44,459 nt of DNA from Microcystaceae cyanobacterium. Lineage in GTDB: Bacteria > Cyanobacteriota > Cyanobacteriia > Cyanobacteriales > Microcystaceae. The notes under the pieces were generated by a model. It did no database searches, was not told the DNA's origin, and saw nothing but the letters and a program-made list of their open reading frames with translations. Location: assembly GCA_041746575.1 (NCBI GenBank), contig JBGTGT010000128.1, positions 1 to 44,459 of the forward strand. Direction: 5' to 3'. The translations under genes and the position numbers were made by a program. Positions 1 through 10,152 of the stretch are shown here, piece by piece; the first letter of the stretch is position 1, and each line of letters begins with the position of its first letter.

Positions 1-198
1 AACGTGAGTTCGACGAGGGCAATTATCTCAATTTTTTTGTCCATCCTCGTTGGGATTAGGAAAAGAAAAACAAATTCTTGATTGGGGGACTAGCCCCCCA
101 AGCCCCCCAGCGGGGGACGGAGTGCCTCCCCCGCACCCCCTGCACAAAAAAATTAAAGAAAGAAGTCTCGTAGATTTTCTGATGGTCGAACTCACATT
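1..198. mobile_element. MITE-like element with 14-bp terminal inverted repeats and internal GC hairpins
   Basis: AACGTGAGTTCGAC (1-14) and GTCGAACTCACATT (185-198) are inverted repeats with 1 mismatch. Internal stems TTGGGGG/CCCCCAA (82-101) and GCGGGGGA/TCCCCCGC (110-134). No transposase. Left flank lies outside the window. Confidence 0.7.
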
Positions 199-300
199 AA
201 AGTTAAGCTTTTTTCCCCTCCTATTCCTGCTTTAACGAAAAACCGACTGCCTTCCCTTGAGAGAACAATCGGTTAAAATTCTAAAAAAAGTGATTTCAGC

Positions 301-423
301 TTAGGATTGCTTATTTGCTAAGAATCCCTGTACTTGACGAATTGCCGCCGCACCAATATTAAAAACTGCCCAAGTAGCAGCGATGGCGATCGGGACTAAA
401 ACAATTAACACTCTCCAATCCAT
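301..423 (-). CDS. psbY: Photosystem II protein PsbY (40 aa, not in ORF track)
   Basis: Manual translation [44 protein letters not shown]...WAVFNIG signature, AGGAG RBS upstream. Confidence 0.95.
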   Translation of the reverse strand: MDWRVLIVLVPIAIAATWAVFNIGAAAIRQVQGFLANKQS

Positions 424-504
424 CGGGGTTACTCCTTCTCAAGAATATGCAAGAATATAGAAATAAATGGTTTTTTCTTTGTTTATAGTTATAACCTAAT
501 GGGG

Positions 505-1044
505 TCAACTTGTGAATCCTGTATCTATACCTTTTCCGGCATGAACTTGGGCAAGTTTTTCGTAGCGTCGGGCGTGTTCAAGGAGTTCTTCGACCTCTTC
601 GTCGCTGATATCTCGCACTTTACGGGCAGGAACACCCACCACTAGCGATTTAGGGGGAATATCTTTAGTTACAATCGAGCCTGCACCAATAATGCTTCCT
701 GCACCCACTTTTACACCATCTAAAATCACTGCTCCAATGCCGATTAAAGCTCCTCGTCCAATATGCGCTGCATGAATCACTGCTCGATGACCGACAATGA
801 CATAATCTTCCAAAATAGTCGGTGTACCGGGATCTCCGTGCAGAATCGCCCCATCTTGAATGTTCGTATAAGCCCCGATTTCAATTCGCTCTACATCGCC
901 TCGAATCACTGCCCCATACCAAACACTTGACCCCTGTTTTAGGGTAACTTGACCGACTACAATAGCGTTAGGGGCAATAAACGCCGCCTGAGAGACATCT
1001 GGACGAGGCCAATAAGAAGGTAAAGGAAATGAATAATCCGCCAT
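505..1044 (-). CDS. Gamma carbonic anhydrase family / hexapeptide-repeat protein (YrdA-like)
   Basis: Left-handed beta-helix repeats; motifs VIRGD, NIQDGAILH, VGHRAVIH. Confidence 0.9.
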   Translation of the reverse strand: MADYSFPLPSYWPRPDVSQAAFIAPNAIVVGQVTLKQGSSVWYGAVIRGDVERIEIGAYTNIQDGAILHGDPGTPTILEDYVIVGHRAVIHAAHIGRGALIGIGAVILDGVKVGAGSIIGAGSIVTKDIPPKSLVVGVPARKVRDISDEEVEELLEHARRYEKLAQVHAGKGIDTGFTS

Positions 1045-1362
1045 GAGGTTCGCGTCACAAAACCAAAAATTTTGAGTGAAATTCCAGTCTAACGAGATGC
1101 CCCTAGAAAATCAATTCTAAAAAATCATCTTCTGAAGCGATAGAAAGTCAAGGGTGAGCGATCAAGCGATACAGAATATCATTTAACTGCATTATTGCTC
1201 ATTGTAACAATAATGCTCAATATTATTTTTTAGGGGTCAGATACGTAGGAAATTAATAATTACTCTTGTAGAGTGCCTAAGAATCTGTTATTGTTTTAAT
1301 CTGTTCTTAGTTATGCAAACGGGCAATGCCCTCGTTTTTTCTGTCGTCAACCTTAACAAACT

Positions 1363-2262
1363 TTGATTAAGCCTCAGTCTAACTCCACCGAATCGGACAC
1401 TCCTCCTTCTGCTGTTTCTCCTGATGTTGAGGAAACGTTTGCCGCTACCGATGCGCCGGCAGAAGAAATCTCGCTAGATGTTTCTGATGAAACGAATGAA
1501 GCGGTTTCCGAATCAGAAAACAGCGAGGAAGATGAAGTTGCCAAATTTCAAGGCATTGGCACGCTTTACGGCAACATCACTCAAGACGAGGAACAGGGAT
1601 TTTTTATTAAACTTGGACAAAATCAATACCGTCTCTACATTTTGCGCAATCGTTATCGGTCTTGGTTATTACAAATGAAGAACGCGCCTGATACCCCTCT
1701 TTATCTGCGGGTATATCCGAAATACCGCATTATTCCCCGTCAACCTCCTGAAGTTTATTTTCAGGTGGTGGCGTGGGTAGAAGAAAATCAGTGGGAAGAA
1801 CCCGGTATTTTTATTTTGAAGGGAATTTGGCAGTTTATTCCCCAAATTCGTACCCCTGTGATTTCAATTTATCGCAATTCGGATGCGTCTGATCCCACAG
1901 AAAAGTTTAAAGCGGTTCATCTTCCTGTGTTAATGCGGCGAGAGGATGAGACTCGTCCTTTTAAGTTTAATCCGAAAATTCCTAAAGAACAGTTACCAAA
2001 ACGCTGGTTTATTCAGGCAGAATACAAATTTATTCCTTCTCGCGATTGTTGGGGATGGGTTAAGGATTTAGATACGCCAACAGACCACATTCCTCGCTAT
2101 CGTAAACCTGTTAAGCCCCAAGAGGATTCCTCTTCTTCGTTCAAACCTGAAAGGAAGTATCAAGCAGATACTTCAGCCTCTGAATCAGAAAAGCCGAAAA
2201 AATCAGCCGATAAACCTAAAATCAATCATAAACTTTCTAATCAGTCTGAAGAAACCAGCTAG
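1363..2262 (+). CDS. Hypothetical protein with acidic N-terminus and charged tail
   Basis: 299-aa ORF with a Trp/Pro-rich core (GIWQFIPQ). Start codon (TTG) uncertain. Confidence 0.7.
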   Translation: MIKPQSNSTESDTPPSAVSPDVEETFAATDAPAEEISLDVSDETNEAVSESENSEEDEVAKFQGIGTLYGNITQDEEQGFFIKLGQNQYRLYILRNRYRSWLLQMKNAPDTPLYLRVYPKYRIIPRQPPEVYFQVVAWVEENQWEEPGIFILKGIWQFIPQIRTPVISIYRNSDASDPTEKFKAVHLPVLMRREDETRPFKFNPKIPKEQLPKRWFIQAEYKFIPSRDCWGWVKDLDTPTDHIPRYRKPVKPQEDSSSSFKPERKYQADTSASESEKPKKSADKPKINHKLSNQSEETS

Positions 2263-2273
2263 GATAGAAGCTT

Positions 2274-2708
2274 ATGGGACTCTCTGACTCTCAAGATCGC
2301 TTACCCATCGAAACGGTATTGACGACCTTAAAACAGGATTTGCCAACATTGTTTAGTAAAGATATTTCTTATGAAATTTACACAAAGGATATCTTTTTTA
2401 AGGACCCAGTTAACACTTTTAAAGGAAAGTTTAATTATCGCATTATTTTTTGGACATTGAGGTTTCATGCTCGTTTATTTTTCCGAGAAATTGCTTTTGA
2501 TGTTCACGATATTCAGTTAGCAAAAAATAAGATTATTCGAGTAGATTGGACGGTTAGAGGAACATTACGAGTGCCTTGGCAAGCTAAAATCTATTTTGAT
2601 GGGTATTCAATTTACACTCTTAATACTGAAGGTTTCATTGATGACCATCGAGATACTTGGGATCGTCCTCCTAGGGAGATTTTAAGGCAATTTTTTCGTT
2701 CTGCTTGA
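2274..2708 (+). CDS. DUF2358 (NTF2-like) protein
   Basis: IYTKDIFFKDPVNTFKG...WTVRGTLRVPW...H.D.WD pattern. Confidence 0.85.
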   Translation: MGLSDSQDRLPIETVLTTLKQDLPTLFSKDISYEIYTKDIFFKDPVNTFKGKFNYRIIFWTLRFHARLFFREIAFDVHDIQLAKNKIIRVDWTVRGTLRVPWQAKIYFDGYSIYTLNTEGFIDDHRDTWDRPPREILRQFFRSA

Positions 2709-2844
2709 TCTTTATTGGTGACAATGTATAAAACGAAGTTAAGAAAGAGAAAGTTGAGACAAAACTGAAGATAACATAACCCTCTTCCGTCAGACTAGAA
2801 GAGTTAAAATAAAAAGAAAAGCTCAAAGGCAGTAGGATTAGAAA

Positions 2845-4155
2845 ATGAACAAGGATTACGCTTCAATTCAATCCCCCTCATTAACTGAAATTGCTCAGAA
2901 GACCAGTAATGCCGCCCGTCGATTGGCAATTTTAAGCACAGAAGATCGTAATACTGCCTTAGACGTGATGGCAAATGCTCTAGACGCTTCAATGCCTGAA
3001 ATTGTCGCCGCTAACGAAAAAGATTGTCAAATTGCTTTATCAGAAGGTATCGCCAAACCGCTCTATCATCGCCTGAAATTAGGAGAAACCAAACTTAAAG
3101 CCACCATTGCAGGGGTAAGAGATGTTAAAAAACTCCCCGATCCCGTGGGAACAGTACAAATTTACCGAGAATTAGATGACGGCTTAATTTTAAAAAGGGT
3201 GACTTGTCCATTAGGGGTTTTAGGCGTTATATTTGAAGCACGTCCTGAAGCCCTGATTCAGATTACCAGTTTAGCGATTAAATCCGGCAATGGTGTTATC
3301 CTCAAAGGCGGCAAAGAAGCTACTCAATCGTGTCAAACCTTGGTAAAGGTGATTAAAGAAGGGTTGAAATTAACCCAAGTGAATCCCGATGCTGTACAAT
3401 TATTAACCACTAGAGAGGAAATTCAGGCATTATTAGGGTTAGAGCAGTACGTCAACCTAATTATTCCGAGAGGATCTAACGCTTTTGTGCGTTATGTTCA
3501 AGAAAATACCCATATTCCCGTTTTAGGTCACGCTGAGGGTATCTGTCATCTCTATATTGACCGAAACGCAGATATTGATCAAGCCATTGCCATTACAGTA
3601 GATGCGAAAACCCAATATCCTGCCGCCTGTAACGCAATTGAAACACTTTTAGTCCATGAAGCGATCGCCCCTGAGCTTTTACCCCCCCTAGCAACAACCT
3701 TGCGAAACTTAGGAGTGACATTACGGGGAGATAGTAAAACCCGCCAAATTATCTTGACAGAAGAAGCGACAGAGGAAGATTGGCAAACTGAATATAGTGA
3801 TCTCATTTTAGCGATTAAAATTGTAAATTCACTTGAGGCGGCGACCACTCATATTAATACCTACGGCTCAAAACATACCGAGGCTATTGTTACGCAAAAT
3901 CAAACCACTGCCCGTCAATTTTTAGATCAAGTAGATGCGGCAGGGGTGTATCATAATTGTTCGACTCGCTTTGCAGATGGATTCCGTTATGGTTTTGGCG
4001 CAGAAGTGGGTATCAGCACGCAAAAAATGCCTCCTAGAGGGCCGGTAGGACTTGAAGGGTTAGTTACCTACAAATATCAAGTTATAGGTAATGGACACAT
4101 CGCGGCAACTTATACAGGGGAACAAGCAAAAGCCTTCACCCATCAAGAGTTATGA
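2845..4155 (+). CDS. proA: Glutamate-5-semialdehyde dehydrogenase
   Basis: [56 protein letters not shown]. Confidence 0.97.
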   Translation: MNKDYASIQSPSLTEIAQKTSNAARRLAILSTEDRNTALDVMANALDASMPEIVAANEKDCQIALSEGIAKPLYHRLKLGETKLKATIAGVRDVKKLPDPVGTVQIYRELDDGLILKRVTCPLGVLGVIFEARPEALIQITSLAIKSGNGVILKGGKEATQSCQTLVKVIKEGLKLTQVNPDAVQLLTTREEIQALLGLEQYVNLIIPRGSNAFVRYVQENTHIPVLGHAEGICHLYIDRNADIDQAIAITVDAKTQYPAACNAIETLLVHEAIAPELLPPLATTLRNLGVTLRGDSKTRQIILTEEATEEDWQTEYSDLILAIKIVNSLEAATTHINTYGSKHTEAIVTQNQTTARQFLDQVDAAGVYHNCSTRFADGFRYGFGAEVGISTQKMPPRGPVGLEGLVTYKYQVIGNGHIAATYTGEQAKAFTHQEL

Positions 4156-4269
4156 TTGAACAAAGATAGGGCTTATGGGTTCTCTGAGCAACAAGAGGCA
4201 AAAGCCTTTTATATTTGTTGATATTTGTTGATGGAAAGAAAGAAGTCATTCGTGCTATGGTCTTAAAAG

Positions 4270-4477
4270 ACATCGGTTTTGATGAGGAACAGTCATCAAA
4301 CGTAAGGGGGAAAGTTTGGTGTAAGTCCAACGCTGTCCCGCAACTGTAATCCCATTTTAGATTCTTAAGATTGAGTCATGTTAGTTTTACCTCAAATGCT
4401 TAGTCTGGATTCTGAAAGAGTAAGTCAGGATGCCTGCCGATACAATACACCTAAATAAAAATCTGCGGAGTACAGAT
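4270..4477 (+). promoter_or_regulatory. Cobalamin (B12) riboswitch with RBS-containing downstream hairpin
   Basis: GGGAA (~4308), GCTGTCCCGCAACTGTA (~4332-4348), B12 box AAGTCAGGATGCCTGCC (~4422-4438), P1 ATCGG/CCGAT. Directly upstream of hupE/ureJ and cobW. Confidence 0.93.
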
Positions 4478-5096
4478 GAAAAACATTAAAATATTGAGCA
4501 TTTTGGGCTTTTCTACCCTGCTTTTACTAGGTATTGCCACAAAGCCAGTCTTAGCGCATCACCTTACGGGTGGAAAGCTTCCGAGTAACGCTTTTGAAGG
4601 GTTGATGTCGGGTTTAGCACATCCTATTATCGGTATCGATCATTTTGCCTTCGTGGTAGCAGTGGGCTTATTAGCGTCTATTTATCTCAAAGTCAGTGTG
4701 ATTTTACCATTGTCGTTTATTTTAGCAACATTAGCGGGGACAGGACTTCATTTAATGAGTCTCAATCTACCCCTAGCTGAAATGGTGATTGCCGCTTCTG
4801 TGATGGCGATAGGGGGCTTACTGATTTTAACCCGTTCGGTTAACGCTGTTTGGTTGATCTTAGGAGGAGCGATCGCCGGACTCTTTCACGGTTATGCTTA
4901 TGGTGAAGCAATCGTCGGGGCGCAAATGACTCCTTTGTTTTCTTATTTGGCGGGATTTGCGATTATTCAAAGCGTTATCATTCTGATTGCTTATCAATTA
5001 GGCAAAATGGCGGTCAATGTCCTCCCGTTACGTTTTGCGGGTTTTACAATAATAGGTGTCGGCTTCGCCTATCTCTCTTCAGCACTTTTGGGTTAA
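4476..5096 (+). CDS. HupE/UreJ family Ni/Co transporter (probably cobalt uptake)
   Basis: Signal peptide ending VLAHH; motifs GLAHPIIGIDH and FHGYAYG; B12 riboswitch upstream. Confidence 0.92.
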   Translation: MKNIKILSILGFSTLLLLGIATKPVLAHHLTGGKLPSNAFEGLMSGLAHPIIGIDHFAFVVAVGLLASIYLKVSVILPLSFILATLAGTGLHLMSLNLPLAEMVIAASVMAIGGLLILTRSVNAVWLILGGAIAGLFHGYAYGEAIVGAQMTPLFSYLAGFAIIQSVIILIAYQLGKMAVNVLPLRFAGFTIIGVGFAYLSSALLG

Positions 5097-5116
5097 TTTA
5101 AGGATATTAAGGAAAA

Positions 5117-6151
5117 ATGCATAAAATTCCAGTAACCGTCGTCACAGGCTTCTTAGGATCGGGAAAAACGACATTAATTCGTCATTTATTGCAAAATAAT
5201 CAAGGTCACCGCATTGCTGTGGTGGTTAATGAGTTTGGTGAGATAGGTATTGATGGGGATCTTTTGCGCTCCTGTCAAGTTTGTGATGAAGCGGACGATT
5301 CTGAGAGTAATATTATCGAATTGACCAACGGTTGCCTCTGTTGTACGGTTCAAGAAGAATTTTATCCCACCATGCAGGCATTACTCCAACGAAGGGATAA
5401 AATCGATTGTATCTTAATTGAAACTTCTGGTCTCGCTTTACCGAAACCTCTCGTTCAAGCTTTCCGATGGCAAGAGATTCGCAATGGAGCAACGGTTGAT
5501 AGTGTGATCACGGTTGTAGATGGGCAAGCATTAGCGAGTGGTCGTCTAGTTGGGAATATTACAGCATTAGAAGTCCAAAGACAAGAAGATCCAAATTTAG
5601 ACCATGAAACACCGATTGAGGAGCTATTTGAAGATCAACTGGCTTGTGCCGATTTAGTCTTATTAACCAAGACAGATTTGATGGAGGAAGCCGACTTAAA
5701 TCGAGTCAAGACGTGGTTAGCCCAAGAATTACCCACTGGCGTCAAGCTGGTGCCTTGCCATAGAGGAGAAATTAACCCAGATGTCCTATTAGGCTTTAAT
5801 GCAGCCGTTGAAGACCATTTAGAACAGCGTCCTTCCCATCACGATACGGCAGAAGATCATGATCACGATGATGAAATTAATTCAGTAGAATTCATCGGGA
5901 ATAAAAGTTTTGCTCCTGAAATTTTATGTCAAAAATTAGATAAATTAGCTCAAAATATGGAGATTTATCGAATTAAAGGCTTTGTTTCAGTTCCCCAAAA
6001 ACCCATGCGCTTAGTTTTGCAAGGGGTCGGCAATCGCTTTGAAACGTTTTATGATCGTTTTTGGCAACCCGACGAAATTCGTCAAACCCGTTTAGTTTTT
6101 ATTGGGAGAAATTTAGAAAAGCAACCCATTATGGCTATTTTGGAGCATTAA
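5117..6151 (+). CDS. cobW: Cobalamin biosynthesis GTPase CobW (COG0523)
   Basis: GFLGSGKTT, NGCLCCTV, ETSGLALPKPL, His-rich HHDTAEDHDHDD. Confidence 0.93.
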   Translation: MHKIPVTVVTGFLGSGKTTLIRHLLQNNQGHRIAVVVNEFGEIGIDGDLLRSCQVCDEADDSESNIIELTNGCLCCTVQEEFYPTMQALLQRRDKIDCILIETSGLALPKPLVQAFRWQEIRNGATVDSVITVVDGQALASGRLVGNITALEVQRQEDPNLDHETPIEELFEDQLACADLVLLTKTDLMEEADLNRVKTWLAQELPTGVKLVPCHRGEINPDVLLGFNAAVEDHLEQRPSHHDTAEDHDHDDEINSVEFIGNKSFAPEILCQKLDKLAQNMEIYRIKGFVSVPQKPMRLVLQGVGNRFETFYDRFWQPDEIRQTRLVFIGRNLEKQPIMAILEH

Positions 6152-6186
6152 TTAGGCACTAACTTCTTAGTTCATCATTTATCACT

Positions 6187-6918
6187 GTGAAGACATTAAG
6201 CCATCTTAAAATCATTTTAGTTGAACCGGCAGGAGCGTTAAATGTGGGTTCTGTAGCAAGGGTGATGAAAAATATGGGATTATCGCAGTTAGTCTTAGTC
6301 AATCCCCATTGTGATCCTTTTGGCGAATCTGCACAACATATGGCCGTTCATGGTAAGGATGTCTTAGAACAAGCAAAAATCGTTGGAACTTTGTCAGATG
6401 CCTTAGCAGGGTGTCAAAGAGCGATCGCAACAACTGCCCGTTCCCGTTCCTTGCAAACCAACCTAGAACCCCCGAAAATTGCCCTTCCTTGGTTATTAGC
6501 AGAAAATCTGGCAACGGCTTTAATTTTTGGACCAGAAGATAGGGGATTAAGTAATGAAGAGTTAAATTATGCCCAGCGATTTGTCTGTATTCCAGCCAAT
6601 CCTACCTACCCCTCACTCAATCTAGCACAAGCCGTGGCTATCTGCGTTTATGAACTTTACCAAGCGTCGTTAGACCCTTCTTTAGCCGAACCCCTAGAAA
6701 AGCCGAATTTGGCAACCCTTGACCAATTGGAAGGATATTATCAACATTTAGAAGAAACCTTACTGCACATTGGTTTTCTTTATCCCCATACAGCAAAAGC
6801 GAGAATGGAGAAGTTTCGTCGTTTATTCAATCGCCTTGAGTTAAGCGAAGAAGAAATCTTTATGTTGAGAGGAATGTTAGGTCAATTTAACTGGATGTGG
6901 CAACAAAAAGAAGAATAA
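6187..6918 (+). CDS. trmJ: SPOUT tRNA methyltransferase, TrmJ/LasT group
   Basis: NVGSVARVMKNMG, FGPEDRGLSNEEL, YPSLNLAQAV. Confidence 0.85.
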   Translation: MKTLSHLKIILVEPAGALNVGSVARVMKNMGLSQLVLVNPHCDPFGESAQHMAVHGKDVLEQAKIVGTLSDALAGCQRAIATTARSRSLQTNLEPPKIALPWLLAENLATALIFGPEDRGLSNEELNYAQRFVCIPANPTYPSLNLAQAVAICVYELYQASLDPSLAEPLEKPNLATLDQLEGYYQHLEETLLHIGFLYPHTAKARMEKFRRLFNRLELSEEEIFMLRGMLGQFNWMWQQKEE

Positions 6919-6966
6919 AAAATAGAATTTGTTGGGTTATGTCTTTTTATCCTTGAAAGCGGTGAT

Positions 6967-7920
6967 TTAAAGAATGGTCAATTCGCCTATCACTTCCAAG
7001 CGTTTGTAGTCTCCCAAATTGAAAAACCGATCCTCTAACATTTCTGCCAAATTAGGTGAAATCCAACCCATTTGACGTAAAATATGGACAGCAGCAGCAG
7101 ATTTAGCCCGTTTTGCCCCATCTCTTACTTTAATAGCTAGTCCCATCCCTTCCCCTATTTTGCCAATACATTGAATTCCTTCGGCTCCCGCTTTACTCAC
7201 TAATTCCCCTTCGCTTAAACGCATGATTTCTGTATCAAAAGAGCCATCTCCGGCGACGAAATAGGGATAATAGGTCATTGCCCGCACAATTCGTTCTAAA
7301 TCCACCAGACGTCCCCCTGCCAAGTGAGCATATAAGGTAGCCATCTGCCATAAAGGCATAGAATAGGTGGGTGCGCCACAATCATCATGAACACCAATTA
7401 ATTCCGCTCCCGGCATGCCCAACAATTCGCCAACTTTATTTAAAATAAGCTGTTGAACCGGATTATTACGCTGTAGATAGGAATTTAAAGGCCACTGCCT
7501 TTGTTGACATACGGCTAACATTCCGGCATGTTTTCCCGAACAACCATGTTCGAGGCGACTGCTGCGACCGTCAGGAATCGGACACTGTAAGGCAGAAGGG
7601 TCAATATCCGCTCGCCATAGCACATTAAACACTTGACGCGCTTGTTCTGTGCGACCTTGATGAGAACTGCACATAATTGCTAAGTCTTTATCCGTTAAGT
7701 CAAAACGTTCAAGAACTCCTGTGCTGGTTACTGCCAAAGCTTGGAAGGGTTTTAAGGCAGACCGAATGAAAGCAGTTGTTTGGGCATTACCGGCCATGGA
7801 TAATAGTCGACCTTTTTCGTCACAAACCACGGCCTCAACGAGATGAACAGATTCAAGAATCCCTTCTCGGAGGAGATGGACTTCTAATTTAGGAGTCGGA
7901 TTGCGGGGGCCTCTAGTCAT
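6967..7920 (-). CDS. L-asparaginase II (Rhizobium-type) family protein
   Basis: RSALKPFQA, CSSH, CSGKHAGML, DDCGAP, SKAGAEG. Confidence 0.88.
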   Translation of the reverse strand: MTRGPRNPTPKLEVHLLREGILESVHLVEAVVCDEKGRLLSMAGNAQTTAFIRSALKPFQALAVTSTGVLERFDLTDKDLAIMCSSHQGRTEQARQVFNVLWRADIDPSALQCPIPDGRSSRLEHGCSGKHAGMLAVCQQRQWPLNSYLQRNNPVQQLILNKVGELLGMPGAELIGVHDDCGAPTYSMPLWQMATLYAHLAGGRLVDLERIVRAMTYYPYFVAGDGSFDTEIMRLSEGELVSKAGAEGIQCIGKIGEGMGLAIKVRDGAKRAKSAAAVHILRQMGWISPNLAEMLEDRFFNLGDYKRLEVIGELTIL

Positions 7921-7958
7921 TATAATTTTAGATTTTAAAGGGGAGATTGGGAAAAACC

Positions 7959-8468
7959 TTAGCTATCCCAGAGAATAAACCACAAAGAAGCACCTACTAA
8001 CAGCAATATTACCATAATCAGGACAGTATGGTGTAATCGCCGAAGAACAGGGGCAATTTGATAGGAAACAATTAAGCGATCGCGAGTTAAGACCTCTAGC
8101 GGTTTTTGCCACGTTTGCCCATCATACCAACCCGATTCTTCATAGAAAATGGTTTCTGCATTCAAACGCTCTTGTATATAGTACCATCCTAAGAGCATCC
8201 GCGTTAAGAGAAGCAGAATCGCTAAGATTGCCCCTATCCCACAAGAAAGACCGAATAACAGGGGATATTTTTTGAGCGGAAAACTAGCGGCGGCAATGGG
8301 ACTGATGAGAAGGGCAGACCAAAAGGCAATCCAAGCCAATTTTCGGCGATAAGTCGCTGTTTCTAGGGTTGACCAACGGAAGAACCCAGAGATTTTCAGG
8401 TTTTCATACTCGTTGACCGGCTGTTGTTCGAGAGGAACAGGACAAAACTGAGTTGAAAATTCCATCAT
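7959..8468 (-). CDS. ycf36: CGLD27/Ycf36 (DUF1230) membrane protein
   Basis: CPVPLEQQPVNEY and YEESGWYDGQTWQKP motifs. Confidence 0.9.
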   Translation of the reverse strand: MMEFSTQFCPVPLEQQPVNEYENLKISGFFRWSTLETATYRRKLAWIAFWSALLISPIAAASFPLKKYPLLFGLSCGIGAILAILLLLTRMLLGWYYIQERLNAETIFYEESGWYDGQTWQKPLEVLTRDRLIVSYQIAPVLRRLHHTVLIMVILLLVGASLWFILWDS

Positions 8469-8473
8469 AAAGC

Positions 8474-8899
8474 TTAATTCACGGAATTAAAGGAAGAAAC
8501 ATCAACCCGTTGGGCATGACCCCAGAAGGCTTCTAAATTGTAGAATTCTCTTTCTGACGGTAGGAAAATATGGGCAATAACGTCGCCATAATCCACCACC
8601 ACCCAGTTACTTTCTCCCATACCTTCTACTCTCAGGGGGGATTTGTGACAGAGGGTTTCGCCTTTTTCGATAATGGCATCGGCGATCGCTTTGACTTGAG
8701 TGCGAGAAAATCCCGTTACAATGACAAAGTAATCGGTAAGATAGGAAACTTCGGTCACTCGCAACACCTGAATGTCAGCACCTTTGCGATCATCGGCGGC
8801 TTGAAAAATCGCTTGAACCAGTTGGTCAGTGCGTTGGTCTGCGGCAGAAGAGACAGTGGTCAAAGGGGTTAAATTCACTGAGTTTTGGGGATTGGTCAT
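8474..8899 (-). CDS. rsfS: Ribosome silencing factor (Iojap)
   Basis: WVVVDYGDVIAHIF...REFYNLEAFW. Confidence 0.95.
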   Translation of the reverse strand: MTNPQNSVNLTPLTTVSSAADQRTDQLVQAIFQAADDRKGADIQVLRVTEVSYLTDYFVIVTGFSRTQVKAIADAIIEKGETLCHKSPLRVEGMGESNWVVVDYGDVIAHIFLPSEREFYNLEAFWGHAQRVDVSSFNSVN

Positions 8900-8933
8900 T
8901 GAGTCTTTATTTAGGTGAAGTTATAGATCCAGT

Positions 8934-9530
8934 TTAAAAGATGGCTTCCGAATTGAGGGCTTGCTTTACACATTTTAAAGCCCAATTACGGGTTAGAATC
9001 ATGCGAGGGTGAATCGTTTTTTGCTGTTGCAATAGATGTTTAAGGGTGTAATCACAGGTTTGCTGAACGCTTTGGTGTAAGTCACGGCGACTGACTTGAC
9101 GCATAGATTTTAATTCTAGCGTATCGCCTCGATGGGGTTCTAGGGCATCGGCTACAAAGACAATACAACTGAGATCGCTCATTTGAGGGTTGCCCAGTGT
9201 ATGCTGACGAATGGCATTTAAAATGTCAGAATCTGTTATCTTAAATTGAGTTTCAGCGACAATAGCACTGATATCGGCGTGTAATAAATGGGGATTAGCT
9301 TCTAGAATAGGATCAAGATGCAGGTGGGCTTCTTTCGCCATTTTTAATAAGCGTTTTGGTCCAAAAAACTTAGCTAAATCGTGCATGAGTCCGGCTTTGG
9401 CGGCTTTTTTGGGATCAACTTTGTGAATTTCTGCCAATTCAATACACATGGCTTCGACCCCTAAAATGTGTTGTAAGCGATGGTCTGACACATTTTGCGT
9501 TAACCAAGTAATAACCCGATCCCTAAGCAT
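8934..9530 (-). CDS. yqeK: HD-domain Ap4A hydrolase YqeK
   Basis: RLQHILGV, GLMHDLAK, LLHA, AIRQHTLG, ADALEP; adjacent to rsfS. Confidence 0.88.
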   Translation of the reverse strand: MLRDRVITWLTQNVSDHRLQHILGVEAMCIELAEIHKVDPKKAAKAGLMHDLAKFFGPKRLLKMAKEAHLHLDPILEANPHLLHADISAIVAETQFKITDSDILNAIRQHTLGNPQMSDLSCIVFVADALEPHRGDTLELKSMRQVSRRDLHQSVQQTCDYTLKHLLQQQKTIHPRMILTRNWALKCVKQALNSEAIF

Positions 9531-9540
9531 AAACGCTCAT

Positions 9541-10008
9541 TTAGCTAAGAAAATACTGCGTGATTTTATTTAACATCATTGTCACCCATTCTTCAATCTC
9601 TCTTTCTTCTGATTTTCGTGAACCGGCCACATTTAAATTATTCACTTGATGATGGTGTAGAAAGATTAAGAATTTGGACTCAGTTGCTAAATTAAATTGT
9701 GAGGCTGCTAAGTGAAGGCAGGGCTTTTGATGGGTTTGGGTACAGGATAATGTCCATTGTGATCCCTTGATCAGGGTGGGTTGAAGCGTAAAAATGACCG
9801 TCGCATCGGAATCCCGTACATTCCAAGCGGTTCTTTCTGCGTAGTTTGGCTTAATCGTTTCTGTCAAATGATATTTAAAATCAAGGTGGCCGTCTTCGGC
9901 TAAACGGCCTTTTGGACACCATCCTCCGTGCGGAATTTGATGAGCAATTGCCCAATCTAAAGCGGCACGATCTGCCCCCGTTTGTCCCCCTGATATTATT
10001 TTTTTCAT
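9541..10008 (-). CDS. Putative molybdenum-carrier / circularly permuted YpsA SLOG protein
   Basis: KIISGGQTGADRAALD, GGWCPKGR, RTAWNVRDSDAT, LNVAG. Confidence 0.85.
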   Translation of the reverse strand: MKKIISGGQTGADRAALDWAIAHQIPHGGWCPKGRLAEDGHLDFKYHLTETIKPNYAERTAWNVRDSDATVIFTLQPTLIKGSQWTLSCTQTHQKPCLHLAASQFNLATESKFLIFLHHHQVNNLNVAGSRKSEEREIEEWVTMMLNKITQYFLS

Positions 10009-10152
10009 CGTTCAGTCGGTGGAAAATTATTGATAGTTGATGCCGTTTTTTTTGATATTAACTTAAAGATAGCGGTATTCTTGGTCTGTCGCTTTTCCTC
10101 ACACTGACCGACTTAGGGTATGGTAGAAAAAGCGATCAAAGAGGGTTTCACG

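Noticed and set aside
50..235. 61-aa Pro-rich ORF
   Set aside because: It is a translation of the MITE's GC hairpins and has no protein-like features.
4136..4330. 64-aa minus-strand ORF
   Set aside because: Overlaps the cobalamin riboswitch and the proA 3-prime end.
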